From Lama guanicoe (lineage: Eukaryota): a stretch of 64,000 bases of DNA. Below the pieces are notes generated by a model, which was given only the letters and a program-made list of their open reading frames with translations, was not told the origin of the DNA and did no database searches. Of this stretch, positions 50,961 through 64,000 are shown one piece after another. Position 1 is the first letter of the stretch. Each line of letters opens with the position of its first letter. The stretch spans positions 6,792,122 to 6,856,121 of the forward strand of contig MU053810.1 of the NCBI GenBank assembly GCA_013239625.1, in the 5' to 3' direction. Both the position numbers and the translations under genes were made by a program.

Positions 50961-52689
50961 GTGATGCAGGGGACACAAAAAAGAGATAGCTTCTAAGTTC
51001 CAAAGTCATATAGAACACGATTTGAACAACACACTGACCATAGACTTAGAGAGGTGAGCAACCCTAGAACTCGTCGGTCTCACAGACACTTGAATTACAT
51101 GGTTAAACACTTTCCTCCACGTTCACAAAGCAAATTACTTTGTAGAAGTAGTTTATTCTTGCCTGTGGTCCTTTTCTTTCCTTTATAAATACTACATCTC
51201 AATCCATTTGTTAAAGACAGCAGAGAATGCAGTGAATTGCTCCCAGTCTAAACTATCATGTTTAAAGAGCAGAACCCTGGCCACTTCCCTTTTTATGGTA
51301 TAGATTGTAACCGTATTGCAGTATGGTGAGATATGCTAATAAGGTGGGTTGATCAAACTACCCAAATTGGACTCTCAGTGAGCTTACATCATCACCAAAG
51401 GAAAAACCTTAATTTCACATTAGGAAAAAAAAAGAAGGCAAACAGTTTCTTTTCTCAGATTTCTCCAAATTCAACAACTGATATTTGTATTGTCAAACAC
51501 CCATACGACATCCTGCCACATTCTAAACATTTGGGTTTAAGATCAGTTACTTGTTTTCTCTTTGTAAGACTTATCCAAGGATTAAAAAGAAAAAAGAAAA
51601 AGAAAAAGAAAACATTTTCTTCTGCAATTATAAATGGAGTACATTCTCTGTGAAATTTATTCTGTGTATATTAAGTGCATATAATTAAATCCTGTTTATA
51701 TATATTTAAAATTAGCCTTTCTTTCCTTATTAGAAAATCTTATTCCTAAATCAGACTTATATACCATTTCTGCATATGAAAGATACACATTTCTTTCACT
51801 AACCCAATTGTGTTGCACATTTGTCTTTCTTAATTATGACCTCCTCTACATTGATATAATTTGTCATTCACATAAATCAAAGTTCTTTCATAGTGATTGC
51901 CATGTCCCCCAATTCTACTTTCCTGGAGAGACAGTTGCTTGTTTAGATTCAACCTACTGAAGCAGAGAACGGGAGGTAGAACTCAGGAACACAAGAACCT
52001 CAGGTAGTCCTGTTGCTTAGTTCATCCCTGCTGTCGAAATGCAACTATCCAGCACCACTGTTCTCTTTACCAACATTACCCGAGATCCATACCAACACAG
52101 AGAACTCTTCACGACTGATCCACTCTGTCTGTGTTCACTTCTCTTCCCAATGCTCCAAGCTCTTATGACTATTGTTAATTGCCTGTGTTCTACTGTGCTT
52201 ACTGCTAGAGTTCCATAGATCTATATGCTGATCCCCAATAAACTGTAAACTCTCTAAAATAGGACTATGGCTTTATATTTTTATTTTCCAACCTAAAGTT
52301 ACAAAAGACCCAATATAAATTACGGGGCTATAAAATACGATCATGGGTACAGGACATACCACAGAGAAGCCCACAGACTCCATTATTTTCCTCAAGTAGG
52401 GCTGAAATAACAGTGAACAGGTATTATGTCTACTGAAATAGTAGCAGCTAGATATAAGGTTGGAAATGGACATAACTCCAAACAATTCTATATTTCCTGA
52501 TATTGGTAGTACTAAGTTATGCTGGCTAAGTGAGTATTTCAATATTCATGGATAAAAAGCAATTTGTTAGAAAGTAAATAATGATCACATTTTATCCTTT
52601 GTACTCAAAATAATCACAAGAGCAACTCACAAATGTCAAATAGTGAAGTGTTATCATGAGAAATTTTCTCTTTAATAATTGCCTTCACT

Positions 52690-53153
52690 TATTTTACTAC
52701 AAAAAATTGCAACCAAACATGACCCTATGGGGCCTTCCTGGGACAGACCCTTCCCCCATATCCTCTACTATAGCTCCTCTCTGCAAGTACCTTGATACTA
52801 TTATCTCATGCATATTTCTTGAGTTTTTCCAGATGCTAAAAACCACCACCAAATGGAAGAAATTAACTACTTGATGATCACGAGCATCTAGCCCCCAGAC
52901 CTTCTAGTGCCTAAGGGTTGATCGTCATCAACCAATTGGAAAATTGTGCACATACTTTGGGATGCCTCTCCCTCAGCTAGACTTTAAAAAGGCTTAGCTG
53001 AAACCCTTTGAGGAGTTCAGGGTTTTGAGGGGCAGAAGCCACTTGTTCTCCTTGCTTGGCACTGCAGAAAACCTTCCTCTGCTCCAAACTCTGACATTGC
53101 AGAATTGTTTGGCCTCACTGTGTGTCATGCACATGAACTTGTGTTCGGTAACA
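52690..53153 (+). mobile_element. Probable ERV1-type solo LTR
   Basis: About 460 bp, GC-richer than its flanks; TATA-like ctttaaaa at about 52982; terminal ...ttcggtaaca. The 5' end and TSD are not resolved. Confidence 0.6.
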
Positions 53154-53581
53154 AAATCATGAGGTTCTATAAGGGACACAAAGTGTTAAAATGGAGAGAA
53201 AGAAATTGAAGAGAAAGCGTAATTGAAGAAAAAGCAAAACTGAAAGTCAGAGATGACTTCTAAAGCTCAAGAAGGTTAAAATTAAGGATAGAGCCTTTAC
53301 ATTTAGTGTTTCCTATAGGATACAAAGCATGATCAAATAATTTTCTGGTTCCAAAAATATTTTATTAGTTTATGCTGAAGTTCTCTATCTAGGACAAGAA
53401 AATATACACAGCTAGTAGAAATCATACTGCTATTAGGTAATAATAATGGGCTTTTGGTTAACCTACTGAATGGTATATTATGTTTATAATGGTTCAAAAT
53501 TTTAAGTTCCTAGAGACCAGGGACTGTGATTATACACCTTTTTATACACTCAGCACCAAAGACAGTAATTTATACATGCTG

Positions 53582-53849
53582 CTGGGAGTTCAAAATGTGT
53601 AGATACTGACAGGCATATGCAGAATAGATAAACAAGATTATACTGTAGAGCACAGGGAAATATATACAAGATCTTGTGGTAGCTCACAGCGAAAAAAAAT
53701 GTGACAATGAATATATGTATGTTCATGTATAACTGAAAAATTGTGCTCTACACTGGAATTTGACACAACATTGTAAAAATACCTATAACTCAATAAAAAA
53801 GTGTTAAGAGAAAAAACAAATAAAAAAACAAATAAGCAAATATAAAAAA
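53582..53849 (+). mobile_element. Young 5'-truncated L1 3' end
   Basis: Highly similar to 55690-55870; A-rich tail; exact 15-bp TSD aatttatacatgctg at 53567-53581 and 53850-53864. Confidence 0.92.
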
Positions 53850-54703
53850 AATTTATACATGCTGGATACTCAGCAAATAATTGATGATAATGAGAGTGCT
53901 CTTTCAAAAGAATAAATTAATTGATCTATAATACAAAAACATAGTTTAAAAAATTCAATTCAAATCTTTCTTCATGCTCTCAAACCACTTATGCATCAAA
54001 ATTTATTCAAAATTATAGATGTTAGACACAAACATGCTAGACATAAATTAGAAAGATACACTAAAAATATAAGTTATGACAGGTGTCTTTGGAAGCTATA
54101 GGAAAATCTGTTTGGAAATCATCTTGGATGATAATTTAGCAATTTAAAACATCCTCCATACACAGAATCCCAATCTGCTTTGCCGAAGCTGGAAAACAAA
54201 GGTGAGACTTGGAACTTTCAGATAAATACTTTCCAAAGACAAATGGCAAATATGGAGAGCTATTAGCTTTGGCAATAGCAGATTTTCAGTTCATTATATG
54301 GGTGATCAATTATGCTGCCCTGAGCAAAAATACAGAGGACTTTGGGAGAAGGTTATAGTAGCATCTCAGGATGTCTGGTGAATCTAAAACATTCACCTGT
54401 AAACATGAGCCCATCAAGATAAATTGTGACAATTTGTAAACAATATGTTAACCTATTTGCTTACCGTAATTTTTCACATTGACATCAGAAAGACACAAAC
54501 TTTCTGGACATTTTTTATACATTTTACATTTACATAAACTAGTAAAAATATAAACTTTAGAATGGCTAAGTAAACCACAGTACATTTACTCAGTGGAATT
54601 CTATGTAACAAACTATGTTCTAGAAAATTATATTTCAAATGAATAGAATGTCAAATTTTTAGGCAGATCATATATACAGACATTTATATAAAAACTATAA
54701 ACT

Positions 54704-55922
54704 GCTTCTTTATCCTGTCATCTGTTGATGGACATTTAGGCTGTTTCCATGTCTTGGCTATTGTAAACAGTGCTGCTATGAACATTGGGGTGCAGGTGTC
54801 ATCCTGAAGTAGGGTTCCTTCTGGGTATATGCCCAGGAGCAGGATTCCTGGGTCACATGGTAAGTCTATTCCTAGTCTTTTGAGGAAGCTCCATACTCTT
54901 TTCCACAGTGGCTGCACCAAACTGCATTCCCACCAGCAGTGTAGGAGGGTTCCCTTTTCTCCACAGCCTCTCCGGCATTTGTCATTTGTGGACTTTTGAA
55001 TGATGGCCATTCTGACTGGTGTGACGTGATACCTGATTGTAGTTTTGATTTGCATTTCTCTGATAATTAGTGATATTGAGCATTTTTTTCATGTGCCTAT
55101 TGACCATTTGTATGTCTTCCTTGGAGAATTGCTTGTTTAGGTCTTCTGCCCATTTTTGGATCAGGTTGTTTGTTTTTTTTCTTCGTATGAGCTGCTTATA
55201 TATTCTGGAGATCAAGCCTTTGTTGGTTTCATTTGCAAAAATTTTCTCCCATTCCATAAGTTGTCTTTTTGTTTTACTTATAGTTTCCTTTACTGTGCAG
55301 AAGCTTGTAAGTTTAATTAGGTCCCATTTATTTATTCTTGCTTTTATTTCTATTGCTTGGGTAGACTGTCCTAGGAGAACATTTTTGAGATGTATGTCAG
55401 ATAATGTTTTGCCTATATGTTTATACAGTGGAATACTATTCAGCCATAAATACTGACAACATAATGCCCAGCAACATGGATGCTCCTGGACAATGTCATT
55501 CTAAGTGAAGTAAGCCAGAAAGAGAAAGAAAAATACCATATGAAATCGCTCATATGTGGAATCTAAAAAACAAAACAAAACAAAACACAAATACAAAACA
55601 GAAACAGACTCATAGACATATGAGTTTTTTTGTGGTTTTGCCAAGGGGGTGGGGGGTGAGAAGGGGCAGACGGATTTCAAAATGTAGAACAGATAAACAA
55701 GATTATAGTGTTTGGCACAGGGAAATATTTACAAGATCTTATGGTAGCTCACAGCAGACAAAAATGTGACAATGAATATATGTATGTTCATGTATAACTG
55801 AAAAATTGTGCTCTATATTGGAATTTGACACAACATTGTAAAATGACTATAACTCAATAGAAATGTTAAAAAATAAAAAATAAACAAAAAGAAAAAAATA
55901 AATAAAAATGAATTAATTGAAC
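54704..55922 (+). mobile_element. Young 5'-truncated, 5'-inverted L1 (twin priming)
   Basis: Positions 54704 to about 55415 are the ORF2 C-terminus on the minus strand ([17 protein letters not shown]..., [16 protein letters not shown]). About 55414-55922 is the 3' end and A-rich tail on the plus strand. Exact 14-bp TSD aaaaactataaact at 54690-54703 and 55923-55936. Confidence 0.93.
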
Positions 55923-56251
55923 AAAAACTATAAACTTAAAGAATTAAATGAACAATAGACTTTCAAATGACTTTTTAAATTCTACTTTTCTATACATTCC
56001 AAGTTTCTTTAATGTGTACATTGTCTTTATAATAAAAACATAATAAAAACAAATATTTTAAAACCAGGACCGTCTGGATAGCAATCAGCAAAAAAGGAAT
56101 TTTTGCTCCAAATCCCAAAGACCTCATTAACCCACCAATGCTACAATTACTGAAAACTTTTAGACCTCTGAAATTCTAAAAATTCTATTTTTGTAGATTT
56201 TAATTTTGATATAATTTGAAATGCACTGAAAAGCTGCAAGGAACCCCATGT

Positions 56252-56710
56252 AGATGGATTAAAAATATACAGCATATTATATACATATATAATGGAATGT
56301 TATACAGCCATGAGAAAATAGGATATCCTACCATTTGTGACAACAGGGATGAAACTTGAGTACATTATGTGACGCAAGATAAGTTAGATAGAGAAAGATA
56401 AGTACTATATGGTAACACCAATATGGAATCTTATGTGGAATCTATAAGTCAAACCTATAAAACACAGAATAAAATGGTGGTTACCAGCAATAGGAGGTGG
56501 GGGGATAGGACTGATGGTATTTAAAGCTACAGACTTGTAAGAAGTAGTAAATAAGTCATAGAGATCTGATGTACAAAAAGGAATATACACAAAAATATTG
56601 TACTATAATGATGTAATGTGATTCAGTATTGGCTCAATGACAATAATATTACAATGTACAAGTGTATCAAAGTAACACTGTGGAACTTTAAATCTACCAA
56701 ATGTAATATT
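56252..56710 (+). mobile_element. L1 3'UTR (L1MA-like) nested in an older opposite-strand L1 (about 56195-57080)
   Basis: Sequence aatggaatgttatacagcc...ccatttgtgacaaca.ggatgaaacttgag; flanks resemble an L1MC/MD-type 3' end on the minus strand. Confidence 0.7.
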
Positions 56711-59700
56711 CCTTACTAATTCACTAAATATTTACATTCTTCAGCATTTACTTTATCACTCACATTTTCTCAATGTATAAACAAATGTTTATAAATTTAT
56801 CTCTATACTATTTTTTCTGGACCATTTGAGATAGTGTGTCTCTTTACCCATAAACACTTCAGCTTCTATGTTCTGTGAAAAGAGGATTCTCATGCAAAAC
56901 CACATTACAGTTATCAAAATTGGGAACTTTAATATTGACACCATGTGTTTTCATGAGTAGTCCATATCAAAATTTCACCAGTTCTCACAGTGATGTCCTT
57001 TGCAGCTACTGTTACACATCCAGGATGAAATCTGGGATCATGTCTTGCATTTAGGTGCCATGTCTCTAGTCTCTGATCTGAAACATGATTAACAAAGTAT
57101 TTTTCCTAGTCCCCCAAAACAGTCTTCTGATCAGTCTATAGTTTTGCTGTGTTTTATAAGGTTTTTGTTTTACAGACTATAAATCAGCAAGTTTTTAAGA
57201 CTGTAACACACAGCAAATATACAGCTGTTGAAAAATAATGTATATTAAACTCATATAATAAACACGCAGTTGTGTATCTGTATGTTACTGCTGGCCACAT
57301 TATTTTACATGGAAGTACTTTATATCATTAAACCAGGAAATGGAGATGATTTCTTACTGAGTCCCTCATCTTTATGCTGCTCTTTTTAAACTGGGTACTG
57401 CTTACTGATATTCTTACAAGATTAGGACAGTTAATACTATTAACAATGCCATTCTACATATTTCACCCCATTTGGGGATTTTTAAAAATCTTCTATTGAA
57501 ATAAATTAGACAATTCAAAATAACCCCCTGAAATGCAGAGATAGAGTTCTAAATAACTTGCTTAGACATCCTATCACTTTATTAAAAATGAATTTCAGTT
57601 AATAGTGTTGTCATTCCTAGACAGCCATAACTATTTCCACAAAAAAGTTCAGCAAAGAATAAATTGCATTACTCATTGAATAAAAGTTGTCCATAATATT
57701 AAGTACAAAAGTTGTACATGATATTAAGTAGTGATATCTTAAACTTTTTCCTTCAACAATACCATATTTTCTTTTGAAGGGAATTGCAAATGGAATTAGA
57801 ATGTAACATTAGAAAACTTACATTTCTAATGCCTGCTGCCAAAAACAATTACATTGGATATACATTGAGAAATTTCATTTAAGATAAAAACCCAAGTGGT
57901 AATTTCAGTTATTGCTGATAAAACACTAAAGCTTTTCAGTTTTTTAAAAAATACCAGTTTCTTTAAAATTTTCTAAAGATTTAACTAATGAGCAAATTAA
58001 AAGGGCACTTTTTTCCTGCTCTTCCTATTCTATTTTTTTGATTAAAAAATACATTCTTTCTTAATCACTTAGATTGAATTTCCTGGGAATAAATTATAGA
58101 AGTATCTGATTTATATAAATCTATATAAATTATAGAAGTAACTGATACATCAAAATATATCTACATTTTTATATCTTATGTACATATTTCAAAATGTACT
58201 CCAGAAAATTTTCTTCCTCTGTTTTATGGAAGAAAAGTTTCTGTTTTAAAAAAGAATGAGGAAAGAGTTTGAGGAGGGAGGATGAACTGAAGCAGAAGTT
58301 ATACATTTCAGGTCTTCATAGTTTAAACATTATGTAGAAATATCAGTATAATACTAAGGACTTTGCAGATTAGGATTCTTAAGTGCCAGTTTCACAAGAG
58401 CAAAAACGCAACATTTGGACAACTGAGTATCTGGATAGAAATCATGCCTACCCTTTAAGGCCAGTTAAACCTTAAGGCTCTTACATTTGACCTCTTTACT
58501 AACACTGGACAGTAAGTTGTATTTTACTGAAGATTACCCTCATTTGTTGTTTGTGGGTATTGCAATTTGTTTTGGGAAGATGTGGGTTTGTCCTGGAAGC
58601 TTAGAAGCCTCACTTTTTTTACCCACTTCCTTTTCTCCAGTTCGAAACATTGTCTGGCACATAGCACCCTGTAATATTTTTTGACAGATGGATTTTCAGA
58701 TATATAAATCAATCAAAAAACCAGTCGATCCGAGGAGCCTTCTTGGAAGTATTGTGGCCCTCAGTGCTAGGAACTGGTTCTGGCAGAAGAAGAATAAACT
58801 TGGACTTTTGCAAGACCAGCCCCATGTGCTTTCATGTCACAACCTCCTCTTCTTTCCATTCCACAGGCATGAAAGAAAAAGATGAGTCACAGACAACGAA
58901 CATAACTCCGCTGGAAGTAACAAACAATCAAGCCAGGCATTGAGAATTCAGCATCAACTCTGCATACAAATAATGCTCATCTGAAATCATTATTAGGGTA
59001 AACATCTTCTTCCTTCCCATACACATATTTGATTTTTCATTAGAACTGGAGGGAACATATTCATCAATCAATGTTTGGAGTTAAAATGCTGCAGTGAGCT
59101 ACCCATGGGATGATATATATGCTGTTCGCTATTTCATCTGTTTAGAATGATGAAGCAATCTGCCACCAGTCTCTGGCTTGATAAAATCACATCCAGAAAT
59201 TAAGCGGAAATAGTTACATGCACATGAGTAGCTCCAACACATTCAGGAGATTTCTGTGCATATTTGGTTCAATATTTGTAACAGTCACAGGGAGAGTACA
59301 GTTAGCAGATTGTGGTTATATTTACACTGCTATCCAAACAGATTCTTACTGTTTGGATATGAATATATATTTGCATATCCTAAAATTGGGATTAGCTAAT
59401 ATACTTTCATGTACTTAGATCATGGATGGCTAGCTGTAACAATAAACTCAAAATAAAGCCCAGTACAAAAATTTTTTAATTTCTATTTCCTCACTATGAA
59501 ATAGTCAGTCTTTCCCGGTATTTCTATATGCTTACACATATATCTTATATTTATTTTTCTGCTATCTTCTAGTTTTTTATTTCTTATAAGTGACTTTAGT
59601 AGTATTTTTCTTTGGACAAAAATACTACCTCAGATCTTGGAACAATTTTGATCTGAACTAAAAAATTATTAAACATGAATGGATTTTTTTTTTGCCTATA

Positions 59701-60197
59701 GACAACTTATTCAATCCCCACAACACTCAATACATAAGTACAATAAATAAATAAGGACTACATTCTCCATATTCACTCATATAATAATCACTATAATTTG
59801 AGGGATATCATATGTGACCTCAATTCCTCCTCATAACTCCCAAGGGCAGAGATTTCACTACTCCTGATTTATGAATAAGGGGAGAGTCTCAGACTATATG
59901 AGAAACTTCCCCCGTCTCCTGCTAGTAAGTGGGGATAAGACTTCAACCCATCTGTTTCCAAGGCCACTCGAAAACAGAAAGCCCACTAGGTTATGAACTG
60001 TCTAAGTCAGCGATCACTTGGAATTGTGACTAATTTCCTCTAGAAAAAAAACACTAGGCCTACAGTGAATACTGGAATGTGCAGGAGTGAAAACAAACAT
60101 ACTGAGTGTCCTAGTTTTCTATTACTGCTGTAACAAATTATCACAAACTTGGTGTCTTACCCAAATCTATATTGCTTCTTATGTGAAATATAATATA

Positions 60198-60414
60198 CAG
60201 TTGACCCTTGAACAACACGGGTTTGAACTGCACAGGTTCACTTACATGTGGATGTTATTCACTAAACACGTACCGCAGCACTATGTGCTCCGTGGTTGGC
60301 TGAATCCATGCATGTGGAACCACAGATAAGGAAGGCCGACTATACAGTTATACAAGGGTTTTCAGCTTCGCAGGGGTCAGTGCCCCTAAGGCTGTGTAGT
60401 CTAAGAGTCAGCTA
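60198..60414 (+). mobile_element. Tigger2a/MER28-like TcMar DNA transposon nested in the LTR
   Basis: Starts ta|cagttgacccttgaacaacacgggtttgaactgc; ends with a degenerate inverted terminus ...tagtctaagagtcagct. Confidence 0.8.
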
Positions 60415-60556
60415 AAGTTAAATTCATTCTTATATTTCTATAGCTCAGACACCTGACATGGGTCTCAGTGGCCTGTAATCAAGCTGTGAGCAAGGCTGAA
60501 TTTTTTTCCCTCCTGGAGGGTCCCGGAGAGACTCCATTTCCTCACCTTTTCCAGCT

Positions 60557-60624
60557 GCTGCTGCTTTTTTTTTTTATTGAAGTATAATCAGTTTACAATG
60601 TTGTGTCAATTTCTAGTGTACAGT
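60557..60624 (-). mobile_element. Tiny L1 3' tip nested in the LTR
   Basis: Poly-T followed by attgaagtataatcagtttacaatgttgtgtcaatttc; flanking direct repeat ttttccagct at 60547-60556 and 60625-60634. Confidence 0.75.
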
Positions 60625-63439
60625 TTTTCCAGCTTCTTGAGGCAACCTACATTCCTTGGCTGTTGGACCCTTTTTTCCATCTTCAAAGCCAGCAATGCAG
60701 CATTTCTCTGACCCTTCCTGGGTCCTTGCATGTCTCTGCCCACAGCTGGGAATGGCTCCCTACTTTTCAGGACTTATATGATTAGACTGGACCCACCTGG
60801 ATAATCCAGGATAAACTCGCCACTTCTGTGTTTGTAATTTTATCACATCTGAAAATTCCCCCTTTCCCATGGGAAGTGACATTTTTGCAGGTTGTGAGAA
60901 TTGGAACAGGCACATCTTTTGGGGTTTGGAGGGCACTACTCCACCTATTACAGTGAGCTAATGTAGGAATGACTGACAGTCAAATTTCCCTGCCAGAGGT
61001 TTTTTATTTGGGGGAAGCTGAATGTTGATGTAAGTGAATCTCTAATTAGAAGCCTAATAATGTAAAATAATGTAAATAAATAAAAATCATAAATAAAGAA
61101 AAAATCAAAGAAAGTAAAATTTCAGCTAGTAGGGGAGAAAGGAAGATTTTTGGAGGACTGAGTGTTATATTTTGGGATTGGACTAGAGACTGATGCTGGT
61201 CTTCATCTGCAAAAAACCAAGTACCTCCAGCTCTTCAGCCATGAAATAGAAGAGGGGTAAGCAGTGTGAGGCCCATGAGCAACAAAAAAGATGCCCATCC
61301 CAGAGATAGGCTAGCCTTGCTTAGCAGTTTGGTTGGAGCTCTGCATCCCTATATTGTACCTGCTTTCAAAGAGTTGCCCATTTTCTTTTCCTCCAAGACT
61401 ACACATTTTAAAAGCGTCTGAGTTTTTCTGGCCTTTTTCTCCTCTTGCCATCAACAGCACCAGAAGTGGCAAAGCAGGGACTGTCACTTTTAGATGCAGG
61501 TCATTTGTAAGTTGGGCTTATCTGGGAATGTACATGAGCTGAAGTGGATCCCAAAGGCAAGAGAGGTAAGACTGAGAGGCTGGTGATGTGTCCCACATAC
61601 AAGAGAAAAGAGATGTTACTCAGGACAGAGTTTGTACTGAGGCAGATGGATTTGAGGAAGATGAGCCTGTCATAAGCTTGTATTTCATCAACCTGGAAGT
61701 GAACAGCCTGGATTTGAGGAGACAGTTACACATCAGGACTTGGTTATTCTAAAATCCTGCTACTATCCAGATGTCAGATCCTATTAGCTCTCATATGACC
61801 ACCAATTTAAAGAGAGACGCTAGAAACAGTCTCTGGGCTGTCGGCACAATTTTAAATCAAGTCGTCTGAACATATCTATGTTGATCTTTAGAAGCCCTTT
61901 GTTTACTGTGGGCCTAGGTCTAAATAAAGATTTTTAAATCACTTCATATTTTAACAGGATGTTTAACACTCTCTTTGACATTTTCTCTAAGATCATCACA
62001 TCTTAGCTCCTCTCTCCAAATGGGATAAAAGACTATTATATGTTTGGGAATGTCAGGCCTTTTTCTAGATTTACAGCTATAAATTAAATAAGTTTTATCT
62101 TTGAGGTACATCCTTTTCTGTTTTCTGTGTCCCATTTTCGCTATCAAGCAACCGATTTCTTCCTGTTGCCTCTAACTCCCAAGACTTCTTCCTACTGCCC
62201 TTCTCAGTGCAGCACTGGTTATTACAGACCTGCTGTCCCATCTTCCTGCAGACCCATGTAGAATTCCTACTCCAAGAGCTCTGCTTCTAAAAACTGGTTA
62301 TCCTAATATAATAAAATATGTGAGGCAAAGTGCTAAATACCAGTGGTACTTAAGGATTATCTCTTTATACGTATCACTGATGTACGTGTGTTTGTTTCCT
62401 TATTCGCTTATTTAACTACATATTATGAACACTTATTATATATCGTCTACTATGCTAGCTGTCTTACATGTGTTCTCTCATTTTTTGGGTTTTCAATACT
62501 TTCTTTACCTTTGGCCCAAGGGATAAATGTGGTCATTCCTTACTTTATGGAAACTGCCTCAAGAACATACGAAAACAACTGCACATATAAATTGCTTAGA
62601 TACTATGATTAAAAACTGTTATAACATATTAAAACACATAGATATGTGGTATAAGTCTAACAATAAACAAAAATATTTTTAAATGTTTGGAGAGTCCTTG
62701 GTAGATGACCCTGGTGAGTTATACTTTGTGTTCTTTAGGACAAGGAATGAACCATGTTAGATTTTCATGCAACCTGGCACTGGCCATCAGGAAAGTTATT
62801 TTTGGTCAAAGAGCACTTCACTGACCTCAAATTATAACATGCAGTTAGCTTCCTGTTCTGTCATTGAGGCAGGCTAGTTCTAGTTAAGTATGTGCTGAGG
62901 TCAAAGCTGAATCGCAGCTATGTCCAAATATAGATTATTTTCTGAAAGCTGTGGCCTCTTTTCTAGGGCTGCCGTGTGTACAGCATGGGGGTTGGACTTC
63001 CGCAGAGAAGCAGCCTCTTCTTAGAGAGAGTAGGTCCAGTGAAAAACACTGACTTTTAAAATAAGGAAGAAAGTAGGAGTGTGCAAATTAAATAAAGATA
63101 AGTTGTTAAAGGTTAACTAGTTTCTCCCGGTTGTGTTATAAGCAAATGGCATAGTCATTCTCTGGTTCTACAATATTTAGATGTTTTATTTCAGTCACAT
63201 AGTGGGAGCTGAGAACAAATGTGGGTAAACCAGACACAAAATACCTTCACAGAACATAAGCTAAAACCTATTCCCTTAATCCTTCAGTGTTGAATCATAT
63301 GTTATGTCTGGACCATAAATGTGAGGAATGCCAAAGTAGCTGGGCTATCGCCATGGTTTGGTAAACACACACATGGCTGCACACACACATACACATGAGA
63401 AAAAGCATATCCATGCTGAAAATATGTTATCCTTGCTAT

Positions 63440-64000
63440 TGTATCAGTTTTCTATTGCTGTGTAATAACTTACTGAAGACCTATGGCTTAAAACACCTAT
63501 TATTTCCTAGGTTCTGTTGATCAGAAGTGTGGCCCCGTGAAGCTGGGGTCTCTGCTCAGGGTCTCACTAGATGGAAACCAAGGGTGTGACCAGGCTATAT
63601 TCTCATCTGGGTCCTCTTTCAAATGTATTCAGGCTATTGGAAGAATTTATAGATCCTTGCATTTATAGGACCGAGGTCCCTGTACTCTTGCTGGCTGCCC
63701 TTAGCTCTTAGGGGCCACTCAGGTCATAGCGACATGGCCCTCTTACAACAAGCTAATTTACTTCTTCACAGCTGGTACTAGACTCTCTCTCCAATCTGCT
63801 ACTATGGGAAGGAGTCTTATTTAATGCAATGTAATCACTTGAGTGACTGTAACATCACCTTTGATTTTAGGCTATAACATAGCCTAGCAAGGGAGTGAGT
63901 ACCTCATTTTATTCTCACAGGCCCCACCCACACGCAAGGTGAGGGACTGTAAGCACACATGGGAACAGAATCTTGGAGTTCATCTTGAAATTATGCCTAC
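63440..64000 (-). mobile_element. MaLR solo LTR (MLT1E/F/G-like), reaching the window end
   Basis: Sequence tgtatcagttttctattgctgtgtaa...tggcttaaaac...atcttggagttcatcttgaaattatgcctac. Confidence 0.75.

Larger units (their letters stand above)
60105..60952 (-). mobile_element. MaLR solo LTR (MLT1-type) carrying nested insertions
   Basis: MLT1 motifs ctgctgtaacaaattatcacaaact, ccacctggataatccaggataa and tcacatctgaaaattccc. Confidence 0.8.

Noticed and set aside
58089..58146. Short direct repeat ataaattatagaagta (two copies)
   Set aside because: Small local duplication in AT-rich DNA with no evidence of function.
44986..64000. Search for the preceding GPR158 exon (CMPIKGLGF...)
   Set aside because: No matching sequence seen by eye; it is probably beyond the window end.
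1..64000. Prokaryote-type systems (CRISPR arrays, operons), tRNA/rRNA genes, and the remaining short ORFs of about 60-130 aa
   Set aside because: The window is mammalian intronic DNA. I saw no repeat-spacer array or structural RNA gene, and the short ORFs have no recognisable homology and mostly overlap repeats.

Overview
Mammalian (eutherian) genomic DNA, AT-rich and repeat-dense, lying inside the GPR158 gene on the minus strand. Two coding exons are identifiable: 44762-44985 (224 bp) and 8170-8238 (69 bp), equivalent to human exons 4 and 5 as I recall the numbering, separated by a 36.5 kb intron. That intron holds two GC/CpG-rich processed pseudogenes of calponin-homology-domain actin regulators: a CNN2 retrocopy (about 13255-14881, sense to GPR158, 5' junction lost in a 19-N gap) and a GAS2L1 retrocopy (about 39127-41497, antisense, inserted into an older L1). 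The rest is L1, L2, MIR, MaLR/ERV LTRs and MER DNA transposons, including young 5'-truncated L1s with target-site duplications (TSDs), a 5'-inverted (twin-primed) L1, and a recent 299/298-bp tandem duplication. The young L1 3' ends suggest a cetartiodactyl, probably a camelid (inference). I found no convincing new biological system; the best leads are possible regulatory effects of the two retrocopies on GPR158. Repeat family names come from recalled consensus sequences, and repeat boundaries are approximate unless a TSD is given.
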